Shown: piece by piece, positions 12,924 to 25,385 of the stretch | Layout of the letters: the number at the start of each line of letters is the position of its first letter | Position numbering within the stretch: the first letter of the stretch is position 1 | Origin: Tubiluchus corallicola | Taxonomy: Eukaryota; Animalia; Priapulida | Assembly: GCA_030141605.1 (NCBI GenBank) | Contig: JAQGDQ010000027.1 | Span: 62,001 to 126,000, forward strand | Direction: 5' to 3' | Length of the DNA: 64,000 nt | The notes under the pieces: generated by a model | The model's database searches: none | What the model saw: the letters and a program-made list of their open reading frames with translations, nothing else | Told to the model about the DNA's origin: nothing | Program-made: the position numbers and the translations under genes

Positions 12924-14323
12924 GTCAAATCAGAAATAATCAGAGCATTCAATGAGCACACGTCACTAAGTAAAATTTTAAATTACTGTAGCTTGTCAGT
13001 AAAATTAAAAATACGTTTTTGGTTATTTAGTGGTGCATCCTGCAGACGAGTCAACGACATTTTACCAATTGGTGAAAACATTTTAAATAATTAATAATTT
13101 TCTTTTTTAGTTACATAAGTCTTTCAACCAGGTAAGCGAAAAGCTAAGTAATATAACTTTGCATGGAAAGATTCTTGGGCCATAGTTTAACATTTCCTTT
13201 TCTTCCCCTGATTTACCTTGTGTGTATATGACGTCATATAATGGCGCGATCGGAACTATATTGCGGAAAATTTAAAATGAAAACAAACAAAAAATCCTTT
13301 CAATTGCGCATAAAACTGCTATAAACTGATATAATTTTAAGGCGATTTTTCTGAAAACCTACTTCAGGTACCCCTTTCTTGCCCTTTAAGAGTCTGCAAG
13401 ATAATTATGAGTGTACGTATGATTACCCTGCAGAATGTTTGTACCAGAAACTGAAATATGTTTGATGCCTGTGATCTTTTGACACAAGATCGTAATTTTG
13501 CATTTATTTTAATTTTTGGCGTTCTAATGCTAGGTTGGCACTTTTCAGAGGACAGCAGTTTGATCAAGTGCACTGAAAAAGTTGATTCTGTCGGACAGTA
13601 GAAAGGCAAATACCTGACAAATTGACAATTCAATTTTTCACAAAAACGCCGCTTACAGCGCCTTCTGTCAAGAGTTTGTGGCAACAGAAGATTATAATTC
13701 GTATTTTATTTTATTTTATGTTACTTTTTTGTAATTATTACATAGTTTTTATTTGTTTTCAAATTTTCTTGCAGTACACGTTGTGATCTCGCTCATTCTG
13801 AAAAGCCTCTGAGTAGGGGCCTGTCGTAATTTTTAAAGTATGCAGGGAAAGTTTATATCTTCTCAAGCAAATGTTTCTGCAGTGTTTCATTATTCATCAA
13901 TTTATGTCTACAACTTATCGCAGCTGCATCTACAATCACTAAATTTTACAAACCTCAAATCACAAGAATGATATTTCACTGGGGGGTGGGGTGGGGGGGG
14001 GCAAGCTTTAGTAACTTGAATATCATGCTACAAGCTCTAGCTACTCCACTGAAGGTGTAATGGATTACATTAAGTAGCCTATATTTAATTTTAACGTAAA
14101 AATAATCCCTACATACGCGAAAGCTACTTGGGAACACAATTCACCAATAATAAGTCATCATCAATATGAGTTGTGATGATGACGATGATAACGGTGATGT
14201 TGTTGTTCTTGTTGTTGATGATTAAGACTTATTAATGAGGATCACGGAGTTTTTGATGATGGTGACGATGACAATGATGATTCCAAGTTTACAACTATGC
14301 TGATTATGATGGTGACGGTTAAG

Positions 14324-14456
<133 letters not shown>

Positions 14457-14485
14457 ACATACACTTATTCACACGTTTTCTCTAC

Positions 14486-14600
14486 CGGGTGGCGTAGCTC
14501 TACGCTTCCCACACGGCAGGTCGCGGGTTTAACACCCGACTGAGTCATCCCAAACACCTGAGAAATGGTTCTTCGACCAAGCACGCGAACTTATCGAAGT
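14486..14600 (+). mobile_element. Degenerate tRNA-derived SINE
   Basis: A-box-like TGGCGTAGC and B-box-like GGGTTTAACACC, followed by GAGTCATCCCAAACAC..AAATGGT. Confidence 0.45.
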
Positions 14601-14705
14601 AACATAGGGTCATAATAAACGGGACCACCTTGGAAATAAATAATGAGTTACTTAAGGCGTTATCCCTGGACTTGAGTTACAGGCAATTACTATATAAGAT
14701 CTCAC

Positions 14706-14836
14706 CTCCGTTTCATCATCAAGTTTTTCCCAGTAGATGGCGGGCATCGGGTGTCCTGTGGCGTCGCACTGGAGCTTGACTTTTCTTCCTATCCGGACAC
14801 TTCTGTTCCTAGGAGTCAGCGTGAATGATGGCAATG
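14706..14836 (-). CDS. Ig I-set exon, first half of a Robo Ig4-like domain (gene C exon 4)
   Basis: Acceptor ttttttgctacag|CA (phase 1). Encodes LPSFTLTPRNRSVRIGRKVKLQCDATGHPMPAIYWEKLDDETE. Donor GAG|GTGAGA (phase 0). Confidence 0.88.
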
Positions 14837-15270
14837 CTGTAGCAAAAAACGGTAGAATATACGAGGGAAGGTGCATAGTGTGAGCTTGGCAACGAAGATG
14901 TCAGTGAAAGGAAGGGGTTCAATGCTCGCTCTGGGAGATTTCATTCACTATTCTGATTCCAACTAATTACTTCACTCGTGGAGAGAAACCAGAAATATAT
15001 GGTGTGTTAATTATCGCTCTTCTATACACAATCATTGCAAAAAACTAAATCCTCAAATAGGTTATTTGTCGATCCCACCAGACGCAGGTACAGAGTAGTA
15101 AAATCAGATTTAAAACAACTACCAACGTATAAATTATACGTTGCATAAACACAAGTACATCTAACATAAATCTGAAAATGAAATTAAGGTGCCAAAAAAC
15201 AGAGTTTGCGATTTGCATGGATCGGGCCTGAAATTACCAATACTAGTAAATTACAGAGTTGTTCTCTTAC

Positions 15271-15398
15271 TGTGTACTGTCAGTTTAGCTGAAGCACGAA
15301 CAACACCCAGTGAGTTTCTTCCTGTGCAAATGTAACGACCTCTATCTTCTGCGGTCACCTTCTCGATGAGTAGCGTGTGGTCATCTGGTGTCTTTATC
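15271..15398 (-). CDS. Ig I-set exon, second half of a Robo Ig3-like domain (gene C exon 3; absent from ORF track)
   Basis: Acceptor atttcttccag|G (phase 2). My translation: IKTPDDHTLLIEKVTAEDRGRYICTGRNSLGVVRASAKLTVH, with the DxGxYxC motif. Donor A|GTAAGA (phase 1). Confidence 0.9.
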
Positions 15399-15934
15399 CT
15401 GGAAGAAATTTAGAACTATTAAACTTCTGACAAGTGTTTACATTCCAAAACGCCTTGCATTTTACACTTACAGAATCAACACTCTCCACGTCAATTGGAT
15501 GTCGGGCAGGTAAACTTCTAAAAAAATTTGCCCTCAACAATGAATCAACACACAGCAGTTAATCTAGCAAAAAAACTTGACACTACTATGCTAGTGCTTT
15601 GTCAACCCCGATTCCGATACTCAAGGTGTCAAAGATGCTCATATTTCTTTTTCGTCGAATCTTCACATGTTTGCTTCATACATCGAGAATTATTGCGCCT
15701 TGTATAATTGAACAACAGGTTGAATCTAATTCTCATACCTTTAAACAGGTTTTTTCACACAATACTACCAATACTGACTTTTAGAGCAGGTCAAATCCTG
15801 ATATCAATGGTGTATCAAAAAATGGTGTCATAAGCCTAGAAATCTGTCAATGTCAAACCGCTTCAGTAAAAGCTCTAAGTTCATGAATGTTCACCGCTTT
15901 ACAAAATTATAATCCAATCATGTTTTGAGCATAC

Positions 15935-16073
15935 CTTGACAGTGGCAGAGCTGTTCCATCCCTGGTCCATAAGGTATGTGGGAAAGGGGAACCTTGTACA
16001 ATACAGGTAAACTTGGCGTCTTTCCCTGCAATAGCTGTTACGTCTCTGGGAGCAGTGACGAACTTCGGTTTGT
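15935..16073 (-). CDS. Ig I-set exon, first half of a Robo Ig3-like domain (gene C exon 2)
   Basis: Acceptor ccttttttttag|AC (phase 1). Encodes DKPKFVTAPRDV..AKFTC..GSPFPHTLWTRDG..LPLSR. Donor AG|GTATGC (phase 2). Confidence 0.88.
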
Positions 16074-16799
16074 CTAAAAAAAGGCAAAAAATCATATATA
16101 AGCACCATGATGCCTTGGTTGTTTTCGTCGTTATCATTGTTACATGCTTATTGTTGCTTTTGATGATGATGATGATGATCTTGTTGTTGTTGCTGCTGTT
16201 GCCGCTATTGGTGTTAGCACTGGTTGTTAATGTTGGCCGTGACCGTTACCATCATTTTATAATAGTTTCCTGAATTGCAAAAAATGATTCCAATTGTTTC
16301 TAAAATTCCTAAATAACGTTAAAGCTTGGGTTAAGCCCGGAAAAATAACTAAATATTTTAGTAAGCAATTTAATTGGTTTATAAGAAAACCATATAAAAG
16401 AAAAATACGATTAAGTCAGCTTCAAAGAAGCAAAATTAGCCAAATGTTTAAATATTTCGTTTTCAATCGACTTAATGTAGTATTTACTCTCCTAACATTG
16501 GCCTTGTTCATTCAAATAATTTTGTGTCAAGCAAGAAACTGATTTTCCTTTTACTTCTAGAGCCGTTTCCGGAAAAATGTCAGTCAGTAAGCCGTTTACT
16601 TACAGACTACCCCCCATATCAGAACCGCCGACGCCGGAGTGAAAATTTAAATTCAATTACGAATATCATATGGCGTGTATCAATCGATCAGTAACATTAC
16701 ACCGTCCATTTTCTGTCACTATAAGGTACGTTCTTTTGCTACCCTCCACTCTACTACTCCAATGCTACTCTCAACGATGAAGTATCGTTCAAAATTAAA

Positions 16800-17280
16800 A
16801 TGTTCCACTGATTTTTAGTGGAAACCCATCTACGTGAGCAATTTATCTCTCCTTGGTTTCTTTGATAGTTAAATTGATTCATTTAAAGCTTCGATATGTT
16901 GCCTGTCTTCCGGTAATCTCAGAGCATGACCCACCCAGTTAAGTCTTCTGCGTTTTCCATTTGTTTCATTGACTTATAAACCTTTCTTAATAATAACTTT
17001 TATCCATTTTGTTTGCAATAATGATGCGTGTAAACGTCGTTGAAAAGCATCAATCTCCAACTGATTATTAACTTTCAAAGTCCACAATTCCGAATTGTAA
17101 CGCATGCAAGTGTTGAAAATCCTAAGTTTATAGCCTAGATTAATATTCTTGTTATTGAAGATATTTTAAGCATTGTGAAGGCAGCTAGTGCCACAATTTT
17201 CCTTCTTTTGGTTATGTTCTTCAGTGCCTAACAGATTGCCAAGGTATTTACATTTCTTCCACGATTCACCAACTAAATGA
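16800..17280 (-). mobile_element. Degenerate RTE-like non-LTR retrotransposon 3' fragment
   Basis: Minus-strand translated fragments WKKCKYLG, YNSELWTL and RRRLNWVGHALRLPED match the KYLG / YGSETW / RRLRWxGH motifs; interrupted by frameshifts and stops. Confidence 0.75.
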
Positions 17281-18019
17281 TGAAATCACCAGCTAACAGC
17301 TCGAAACGTTGAACCTTGTTTTGTCTTCAACCTTGATTTGACCTGACCATTTTGATGATTTCACCGGCTTAAAGTTTAGGCCAACAACGACTACATGTAC
17401 CTATGCCAGTTTTATTCGGAAGCGTTCACCTTTTAAGTACCAGGTGGATCAGAGTTGATGTTGGCTGATCATGGTGTACAACTCCTAGCCGAATAAGTGA
17501 CAAAGATACAGCCATGACTGCAAATATTCTGACAATAGCGATGACGATGATGGCGATACTGATGACGTGCCACTTGACCGTAAAGCTGCACGCAGACATT
17601 CAAAATTTACACGACGTGCTGAAAGAATGATTACACGTGCTGTATAATCTCTGAAGTATTATAGATGTTGTAATTCCGCAAGATTAATAACATGATTATT
17701 CAAAATGTTGACCATTCGCAACTTTCCTACGCAGCAACGTCATAATCTCAAGACGACCTTCCGCAAGATGACATTTTTCTGGCTACGTAATTTATGGTAA
17801 CACTCAATTACTAAGAAAACGATAAAAAGCACCATGATTATTTTAATAAAATTTCGAATAGTCCCATCCAATGAGTATAATTACATTTTGTTCATGCAAT
17901 TTAAAACTTTGCAATTCTTTGTATTCTGAGTCATAAAATACCTAGAAACGCAATGAAGAGTTAGTATGATCTACAGAATGATGGCATTTCTATAACAATG
18001 TTTAGCTGTTATAACAACA

Positions 18020-18575
<556 letters not shown>

Positions 18576-18762
18576 TTTTGTTGCTTATTTTGGTAACGTA
18601 AGTTTGCGCAATACTTGGCTGCGAGTCTAAATCAATTATAAACCTTTTAATCTTTGAACCTAGGGGTTTCACTTGAGCTTTGAGGCTGCGGGTACAGTAA
18701 ATAAGGCACATTAATGAAACGTGTTATGGTAGAATTGAATGTAGTATTTAGTATGTAGTAAT

Positions 18763-19005
18763 TACTGTACTGTACTGTACTGTACTGTACTGTACTGTAC
18801 TTTACTGTACTGTACTGTACTGTACTGAACTGTGTTGTACTGTGCTGTGCTGTGCTGTGCTGTGCTGTGCTGTGTTGTGTTGTGCCGCGCTGTGTTGCGT
18901 TGCTCTGCACTGTGCTGTGCTGCACTGCACTGTACTGTACTGCACAATATTGTAGTGTGCCATATTGTACTGTAATATATTCTGCTGTGCTGTGCTGTGC
19001 TGTGA
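18763..19005. repeat. (ACTGT)n/(GCTGT)n pentamer repeat
   Basis: Seen directly. Confidence 0.95.
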
Positions 19006-20347
19006 TCTACTGTAGTGTACATGCTTGACCCGTTAGTAGCGATAAAGATGATGATGACGACGACCCTGACAACAATCACGTTAACGCTTGAAAGTCGATT
19101 TCTATTTTCCCAGAGAAGCCAGTTTGTATATTTCTCGTTAATTATATATTGCTGTCTTGCTTGTAAAATTTATTTTATAATCATTGTATTCTTGTTAGTT
19201 TCGCTGCAAATCCGCAAATAAAAATATTGAACTGAATACGACGACAGCCACGCGGACAATTATGACTTCCCTTTCTTATTTTGTGCTAGTACCAATATGA
19301 CCCGACAGTATAGAACGTTTAATTATTCGCTGGTAATTTACCCGCTCACTTTCCAATACTGACGCCTTGTGTCAGCTTCATTGCCGCGAATTCCACACTT
19401 ACTCAATAACCAAAATTAATTCACAGTTTGTTGAGAGAACACGACGATTGCAAACTGACTTCTTTGATCAACGGCCAATGTAAACAGCTGAACATATTGC
19501 AAAATGTCTATTTGACGTTGGTGTCATCTGCAGTTCATTAGACAGGCAAGCAAAAGGTGAACGTTTAGTCCTCCTCTATTGGGTTGTAGAGAAGCCGATA
19601 GTTTATATGCATTTTTTGCTGGGTCACGGAGGTTGAAATACGTCCGTGGAAGAGTCCCCACTAGCTTGTTTTATCAACAATAAAAATGCACGTGATTTCC
19701 TGTTGTTTGGCGTTTTATTATAAACACCTGACCCAAGCCGGTTAGCTCAGTCTGTTAATAAGAGTTGAAGAATGGAGAATTTCTGTAATTCATTATGCGT
19801 TTCCTGCGAATACTATGCTTAGTTGCAAAAACCTTGGCTCCCGCATGATGTTTAACACGTGAAGGAATCATTTCATTTTTTTCTCATCTTTCGGGTTAAT
19901 TTCTTTTAGCAGTTTTACGTACAGATATTCTGATGCAAATCTATGTTCGATAGTCAAATTGTGGATCTTTTCCATGTGGAAACCGAGTGACGTGTGAAGA
20001 TTTCTTTGTTATCGGACTGAAAGGAAACATTGAAAACAAGCTTTGGGGATAATTATAAACCCATCCGTGATACTGCCCGAATATGAATTAAAATGATACG
20101 GAAATTAAATTGACGATAAATGGAGAGACAGCAAATTTGGCAAAAGTGTGCATAGAACTCCACAAGGAAAGCAAACCCCTTGACATACCATTTCGCGACT
20201 ACAAAATTCATTTCCAAGAGAACAAAAAATTCCAGAAATTTCAGAATTGTCGCATTTCTATTGTTCCACAAAAAGTAAAAAAATTATTGAGCTAATTTGA
20301 GCAAATTGTGATTTGTAACTTCATTGCAGGGGAAGAAAGAGATTTTT

Positions 20348-20371
20348 GAGAGAGACAAAGAGAGAGGGGGA

Positions 20372-20409
<38 letters not shown>

Positions 20410-20444
20410 AGAGAGAGAGAAAGAAAGAGAGAGAGAGAGAGAGA

Positions 20445-20493
<49 letters not shown>

Positions 20494-20604
20494 CAGGCAA
20501 AGAAATAGGGAGAGAGAGGGATCTATTTTGTCCGTCTGTCTTCCTTGTTTACTCCTGTTTTTCATTTTCTCTCTCTCCCGACTCTCTCCCTCCTTCCTTG
20601 CCTG

Positions 20605-20683
<79 letters not shown>

Positions 20684-20702
20684 TCTCTATTTCTTTCTCT
20701 CT
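20348..20702. repeat. (GA)n then (CT)n opposed microsatellites
   Basis: Seen directly. Confidence 0.95.
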
Positions 20703-21711
20703 TTTTTCGCTTTTAACCAATTACGTTTTTCTTTATATTTACCTTCCTAAACATTCGTAAAAACTAGTACACTAGTCAACGTGAAGCTACGACCAAACGG
20801 CTCAATCACTGATGATGGTACAATGACTATAATTAAAATTATTACGGTTAATTTTTTCATTATAATTGTGATTTTTTTATTAATCTACATGCATTGTCTA
20901 CTCCCACTGCCACGATTTTCCTGCAGTTTTACAGACCGTCGTCGAAAAGGTCTCTACCGCTTGTTTGTTTACGAACAAACTAATATAAAATTATGCTTTG
21001 AGAAAAATCAATGATAACCTAATATGGTACCTGCAAGGTACGGAGAAACTTAAGTTATGATTCATACATGAAAACTTAAAGCAAAACGTTTATTATCTAA
21101 TATCAAAGATATTTAAAAAAAACACCATATAAAACGGTAATGTTGTTTTATTGCTTTTGTGCTGTAAACTGTTTACTATTAACGTTTTTAAACCGTTTTT
21201 ATATTAACGACCTACAGCTGTCTTTATAAATAAAAACAGAGCAATTCGATACAGCATGATAATTATGGTAAACATTGATTTCTTTTTTGTAACATTGCGT
21301 GAAACGCGTTTCCGGGATTCTTTTTTGCTCAACACCCACGTCCACAAAGCTGAAACCAATCGCAATTGCAGCACGCAAAATTTTGCTAGTTTGAATGAAG
21401 CCAGTAAGAACCGCCATATTAAACTACGCAAAGTAGATTATTTGAACTACCGGAAAACTTATCGAGAGCTGTGATTTCAACAGAAAATTTAAGGCTGCCG
21501 GTAGCAACTTATGCCTGAATTTACTCAGAACAAATAACAAATTCACTGTCATTGAATGTCAGATTACGGCAGACTGTCATTGTACAATTATACAAAAACT
21601 CGTTTTAGCTTATTCCATAGTGTACAATTCGACAGTGATGCCACAAGCAATGTGTTGCCGCTTTTTGGTCGTAGATTTATTCTCGTCGTCATTATGATCA
21701 TCATCATTATT

Positions 21712-21811
21712 NNNNNNNNNNNNNNNNNNNNNNNNNNNNNNNNNNNNNNNNNNNNNNNNNNNNNNNNNNNNNNNNNNNNNNNNNNNNNNNNNNNNNNNNN
21801 NNNNNNNNNNN
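21712..21811. other. Assembly gap (100 N) where the 5' LTR is expected
   Basis: The N run starts after ATTAT+T and ends one base before the PBS. Confidence 0.95.
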
Positions 21812-21812
21812 G

Positions 21813-21825
21813 TGGTGTCAGAAGT
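21813..21825 (+). promoter_or_regulatory. Primer-binding site, tRNA-Leu type (copy 1)
   Basis: TGGTGTCAGAAGT is complementary to the ..ACTTCTGACACCA 3' end of metazoan tRNA-Leu. Confidence 0.8.
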
Positions 21826-22469
21826 TTTGCTGTGTCTGACCTCATTTACACTTCCTGTTCAGCGAGTATTTTAACGTTATCAGAACGTCTGTTTTGACTG
21901 GCGCTACTCGATATTTTAAGGTATAGAAGCCATACTAGGTAGGCTTGCAGTAGTAAGCTAAAGTTAAAGCAAATATAATATTTTACTCTCACGCTGCAAT
22001 TTACCAATGTATTTGTACTTGCTCGTTCAAGCTAGTTTATACTTGAATTGCCCTGTAGTGAAAACTTTTCTTTCGCTCGAGAAAAACGTTTATTTTCGTT
22101 AAACAGGTCAAGAATAATTTGTCACAAAACTTTTATTTGGAGGAGGCATGAGACGCTTGCTTTTTAAAGCTGCTATATGAACATCGCAGAATTATTTGGC
22201 TTCGTCGCTGCGCTGTTAGTGTTAGTTTTGTTTAAATTATCCTTGCTGGTCAATTCTTAATAGCATAAACTGCGTAACTTGGTACTGCGTGAGTGGTTAG
22301 AAGTTGACCTTGACTGATTGTCAGAGTGATTGATCTTTGCCGCTCTTGTGTGGAGGCGTGATTGTAATATAGTAATCACAGCTGGCGCTGTGTAAATAAA
22401 CAAATAAATACTTTTATTGCTCCATTCCAGTGCAACTATTAAAACATAGAACTATAACGTATAATATTA

Positions 22470-23906
22470 ATGGCGGAGCATGCACGATATTCTCTAGCTC
22501 AGCTGACACAAATGAAAAGAGATGACTTGTTTGAAGTTGCCAGAAAATTAGGCCTAGATTTTGAGTCCTCAGTTACTCGTGCTCAGCTGATGGAACGAAT
22601 TTATGAAGTCGCAGGTCTCCGTACTACTGTTGAGGAAGTTGATAAAGCGGGAGGCACAACTTCAGACCCTGAAAGTGACCCCGATGCGGATCCAGTTTCT
22701 AGTGGACCAACTGATATGCCTGTTCAACAGAAACATGCACAGATGGGAGAGAGTAGAGATTTAAGCGTAAAGCCCAAGTCTTTGGGCACTACAAAACCTA
22801 CAATGGGGACGCCTGTTGCAGGCTATAGTGCTCACGGTTCTGTTTTGGATGCCACTGCTCATACTCCGCCCCCTTTGCTGTTTCGCGATGCTACGATGGC
22901 TGGACATTCTCTCCCAGCACCTCCCCCTGGATATAGCATGCCAGACGTCTCTTTGGAAGCTTTGTCTGCTGTAACAGATAACCCAGCTCAAGTTTTACTC
23001 CAGCTTCAGCAACTCCGGGCTGAACAAGTGCGAGATGAGCGTAGATTAGCGGAAATGCAGCTAGAGATGAAAAAGTTGGAATTTTCTGCAGCACACACTG
23101 CGCGGTCGAATCCTGCTCATGGTTCTGCCCTTAACTCAAGTTTGGATACGCCCAATGTCTCGACTGCTAATGTAATAAAACGTCTCAAGTTTCGCATGTA
23201 TGACGAAACAACGGAGGATATTGAGATTTTCTTGGACTGTTTTGCGCAGTCAGCTACTGCTAATGCTATTCCCCAGGAACGCTGGGCAGCGTCCTTAGGC
23301 CCTGTTCTAACTGGAAAAGCTGCCATAGCTTACCAGCAGGTTCCACCAGAGCAACTACGAAATTATCCTGTTGTGAGACAAGCTGTGCTGTCTGCATATT
23401 TTCTGAGCCCGCACATTTACCTGGATCGGTTTAGAGCCATTGCAAAGCAGAATAATGAGAATTATAAGCAGCTGTTTCAGCGTTTAGAAAGAGGATGGAA
23501 CACATATCTCAATGCAATTGAAGTCGAGTCTTTCGAAGGCGTAAATGAAGCCGTTGTAATCGAACAAGGATTGCATTGCATGTCTAAAGAGCTGGCAACT
23601 TGGTTAAAGATGCAGCCTGACACGCTGAAGTCTATTAACAAAATAGCAGAAAGAGCTGATCAGTATATTGCGGCCACTGGTGGTTTATCAACCGTGAAAA
23701 CAGGACAGCAGTCTCAACGTAGGTTTAATAAGCCAACAAGTGGACAGTTAAGCAATGCTTCTCCTGGTAAAAGTGGAGTTGGTAACCAGAGTAGTTTCGG
23801 TGGTAGTAGAGGATCAAGTACTGCTAGAATTCACTGTTTTAAATGTGGTAAACCCGGCCATCGTCGTAGTGAATGCAAAATGCCTTCGTCTATGCCTAAC
23901 AGCTAG
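22470..23906 (+). CDS. gag: Gag, 478 aa (copy 1)
   Basis: N-terminal helix-extension-helix-like segment, coiled coil, capsid/SCAN-like region (FRAIAKQNNENYKQLFQRL..EQ..ELATWL) and CCHC knuckle CFKCGKPGHRRSEC. Confidence 0.92.
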   Translation: MAEHARYSLAQLTQMKRDDLFEVARKLGLDFESSVTRAQLMERIYEVAGLRTTVEEVDKAGGTTSDPESDPDADPVSSGPTDMPVQQKHAQMGESRDLSVKPKSLGTTKPTMGTPVAGYSAHGSVLDATAHTPPPLLFRDATMAGHSLPAPPPGYSMPDVSLEALSAVTDNPAQVLLQLQQLRAEQVRDERRLAEMQLEMKKLEFSAAHTARSNPAHGSALNSSLDTPNVSTANVIKRLKFRMYDETTEDIEIFLDCFAQSATANAIPQERWAASLGPVLTGKAAIAYQQVPPEQLRNYPVVRQAVLSAYFLSPHIYLDRFRAIAKQNNENYKQLFQRLERGWNTYLNAIEVESFEGVNEAVVIEQGLHCMSKELATWLKMQPDTLKSINKIAERADQYIAATGGLSTVKTGQQSQRRFNKPTSGQLSNASPGKSGVGNQSSFGGSRGSSTARIHCFKCGKPGHRRSECKMPSSMPNS

Positions 23907-25385
23907 AAAGTTCCACAAAAATCTGGTAACCTATTTTATGGTAAGGCAGCTGAACGCACCAAGTCAAATGAGAGCATGGAAAGTGTACCGGATCACACGT
24001 TACCCTATCGCTTCTCGGCTCGCATTAACGGCATCAAAGTGACAAGATGCCAGCGTGATACTGGTGCCAGCATCAGCGTCGTTCTACCCCAGTATGTTAG
24101 ACCTGACCAGTATTTGGATAGAGCACCCCAATGTATCTTGTGCTTTTGTGGCCAATCAAATAACTGCAAGATGGCAGAAGTCGAACAAGAGGGACCTGAA
24201 TTCTCTGGTCTTTTGACTGTTGGTGTAAACCCAACCTTACCCATGGATTTCTTGTTGGGCAACGATTTTGAGTTTGCACTACGGCCCTTTCCAAACTCGA
24301 GCGAAGTTTGTTCAGAAGCTCAAAGCTCTAAAAAGGGAAAGCTCAGAGCAGTGTCTGCTCCCAAGAAGAAAAATGGAAGCACCACATACAGTTCAAACAC
24401 TGTTGGTGATACAGATGGGAATAATTCTTCCGACAAGGCTAAAACAGCTTTTGCAATTACTCGCTCTAAAGCTGCGCAACGTAAAACGGAAACTGAAAGA
24501 GATGTCCATTTGCAACAACAAGCATTTGCTCCAGTTGATGTCATTGGTCAAGTCAAATTGCACTCCAGCAAGCCACCTAGCACGGGCTTATTGAACTTAG
24601 AACTAGATCAGTTGCGAAAAGAGCAAGCAGAAGATATCAGTATCAGGAATCTAATTGACAATGCAGTCACAGAAAAGAAGGCATTGTCTGCTGGTAAAGG
24701 CTACTTTTTGCGGGATGGCATCCTTTACTATCTCTCTCATGACAGGAAAGCTGCAAACCCGCGTTCACTTTTAGTTCTGCCCAAGGGACGGAGAAAGAAA
24801 GTGCTCAGTCTCGCCCATGATAACAAACTCTCAGGACATTTTGGAATTAACAAAACAACCAACAGAGTTCTTTTGGAGTACATATGGCCTCATGTTAAGC
24901 GGAGCATAAGGCAATACTGTAAATCCTGTCCTACGTGCCAACGAACTGCTCGTGTACGTCATACAGATCGGGCCAAGCTTAAACCACTGGAAATACCTGA
25001 CAGAGCATTTCGCATGATTGGTATGGATCTAATTGGTCCCTTGCCAAGGACACCTTCAGGCAACAAGTATGCTCTGGTGTTGGTTGACCATGTAACCAGA
25101 TATCCTGACTGTTATCCACTGCAGAACATTGAGACGACCACAGTTGTCCAGGCACTACTCAAGTTCTGTTGTCACTTTGGTATTCCACGTCAGATCCTAA
25201 CAGATCGTGGCACTCAGTTTATGGCTCACATCATCCGTGAATTAGAGCAATCACTGGGTGTCAAAGCAATTTATACTTCTCCGTACTCAGCTTCCACTAA
25301 TGGACTCACAGAACGTTTGAACCAGACCCTTAAAGCATCCATTATTATTATACAGAAGATGATGCACAATTACCTTGGGACATAG
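23907..25385 (+). CDS. pol: Pol part 1: aspartic protease + integrase HHCC/DDE core (copy 1), frameshifted near 25341-25352
   Basis: RDTGA protease motif; AHD..GHFG..CKSCPTC; MDLIG, TDRG, ERLN. In frame with gag after the TAG; first ATG at 23976. Confidence 0.9.
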   Translation, partial: KVPQKSGNLFYGKAAERTKSNESMESVPDHTLPYRFSARINGIKVTRCQRDTGASISVVLPQYVRPDQYLDRAPQCILCFCGQSNNCKMAEVEQEGPEFSGLLTVGVNPTLPMDFLLGNDFEFALRPFPNSSEVCSEAQSSKKGKLRAVSAPKKKNGSTTYSSNTVGDTDGNNSSDKAKTAFAITRSKAAQRKTETERDVHLQQQAFAPVDVIGQVKLHSSKPPSTGLLNLELDQLRKEQAEDISIRNLIDNAVTEKKALSAGKGYFLRDGILYYLSHDRKAANPRSLLVLPKGRRKKVLSLAHDNKLSGHFGINKTTNRVLLEYIWPHVKRSIRQYCKSCPTCQRTARVRHTDRAKLKPLEIPDRAFRMIGMDLIGPLPRTPSGNKYALVLVDHVTRYPDCYPLQNIETTTVVQALLKFCCHFGIPRQILTDRGTQFMAHIIRELEQSLGVKAIYTSPYSASTNGLTERLNQTLKASIIIIQKMMHNYLGT

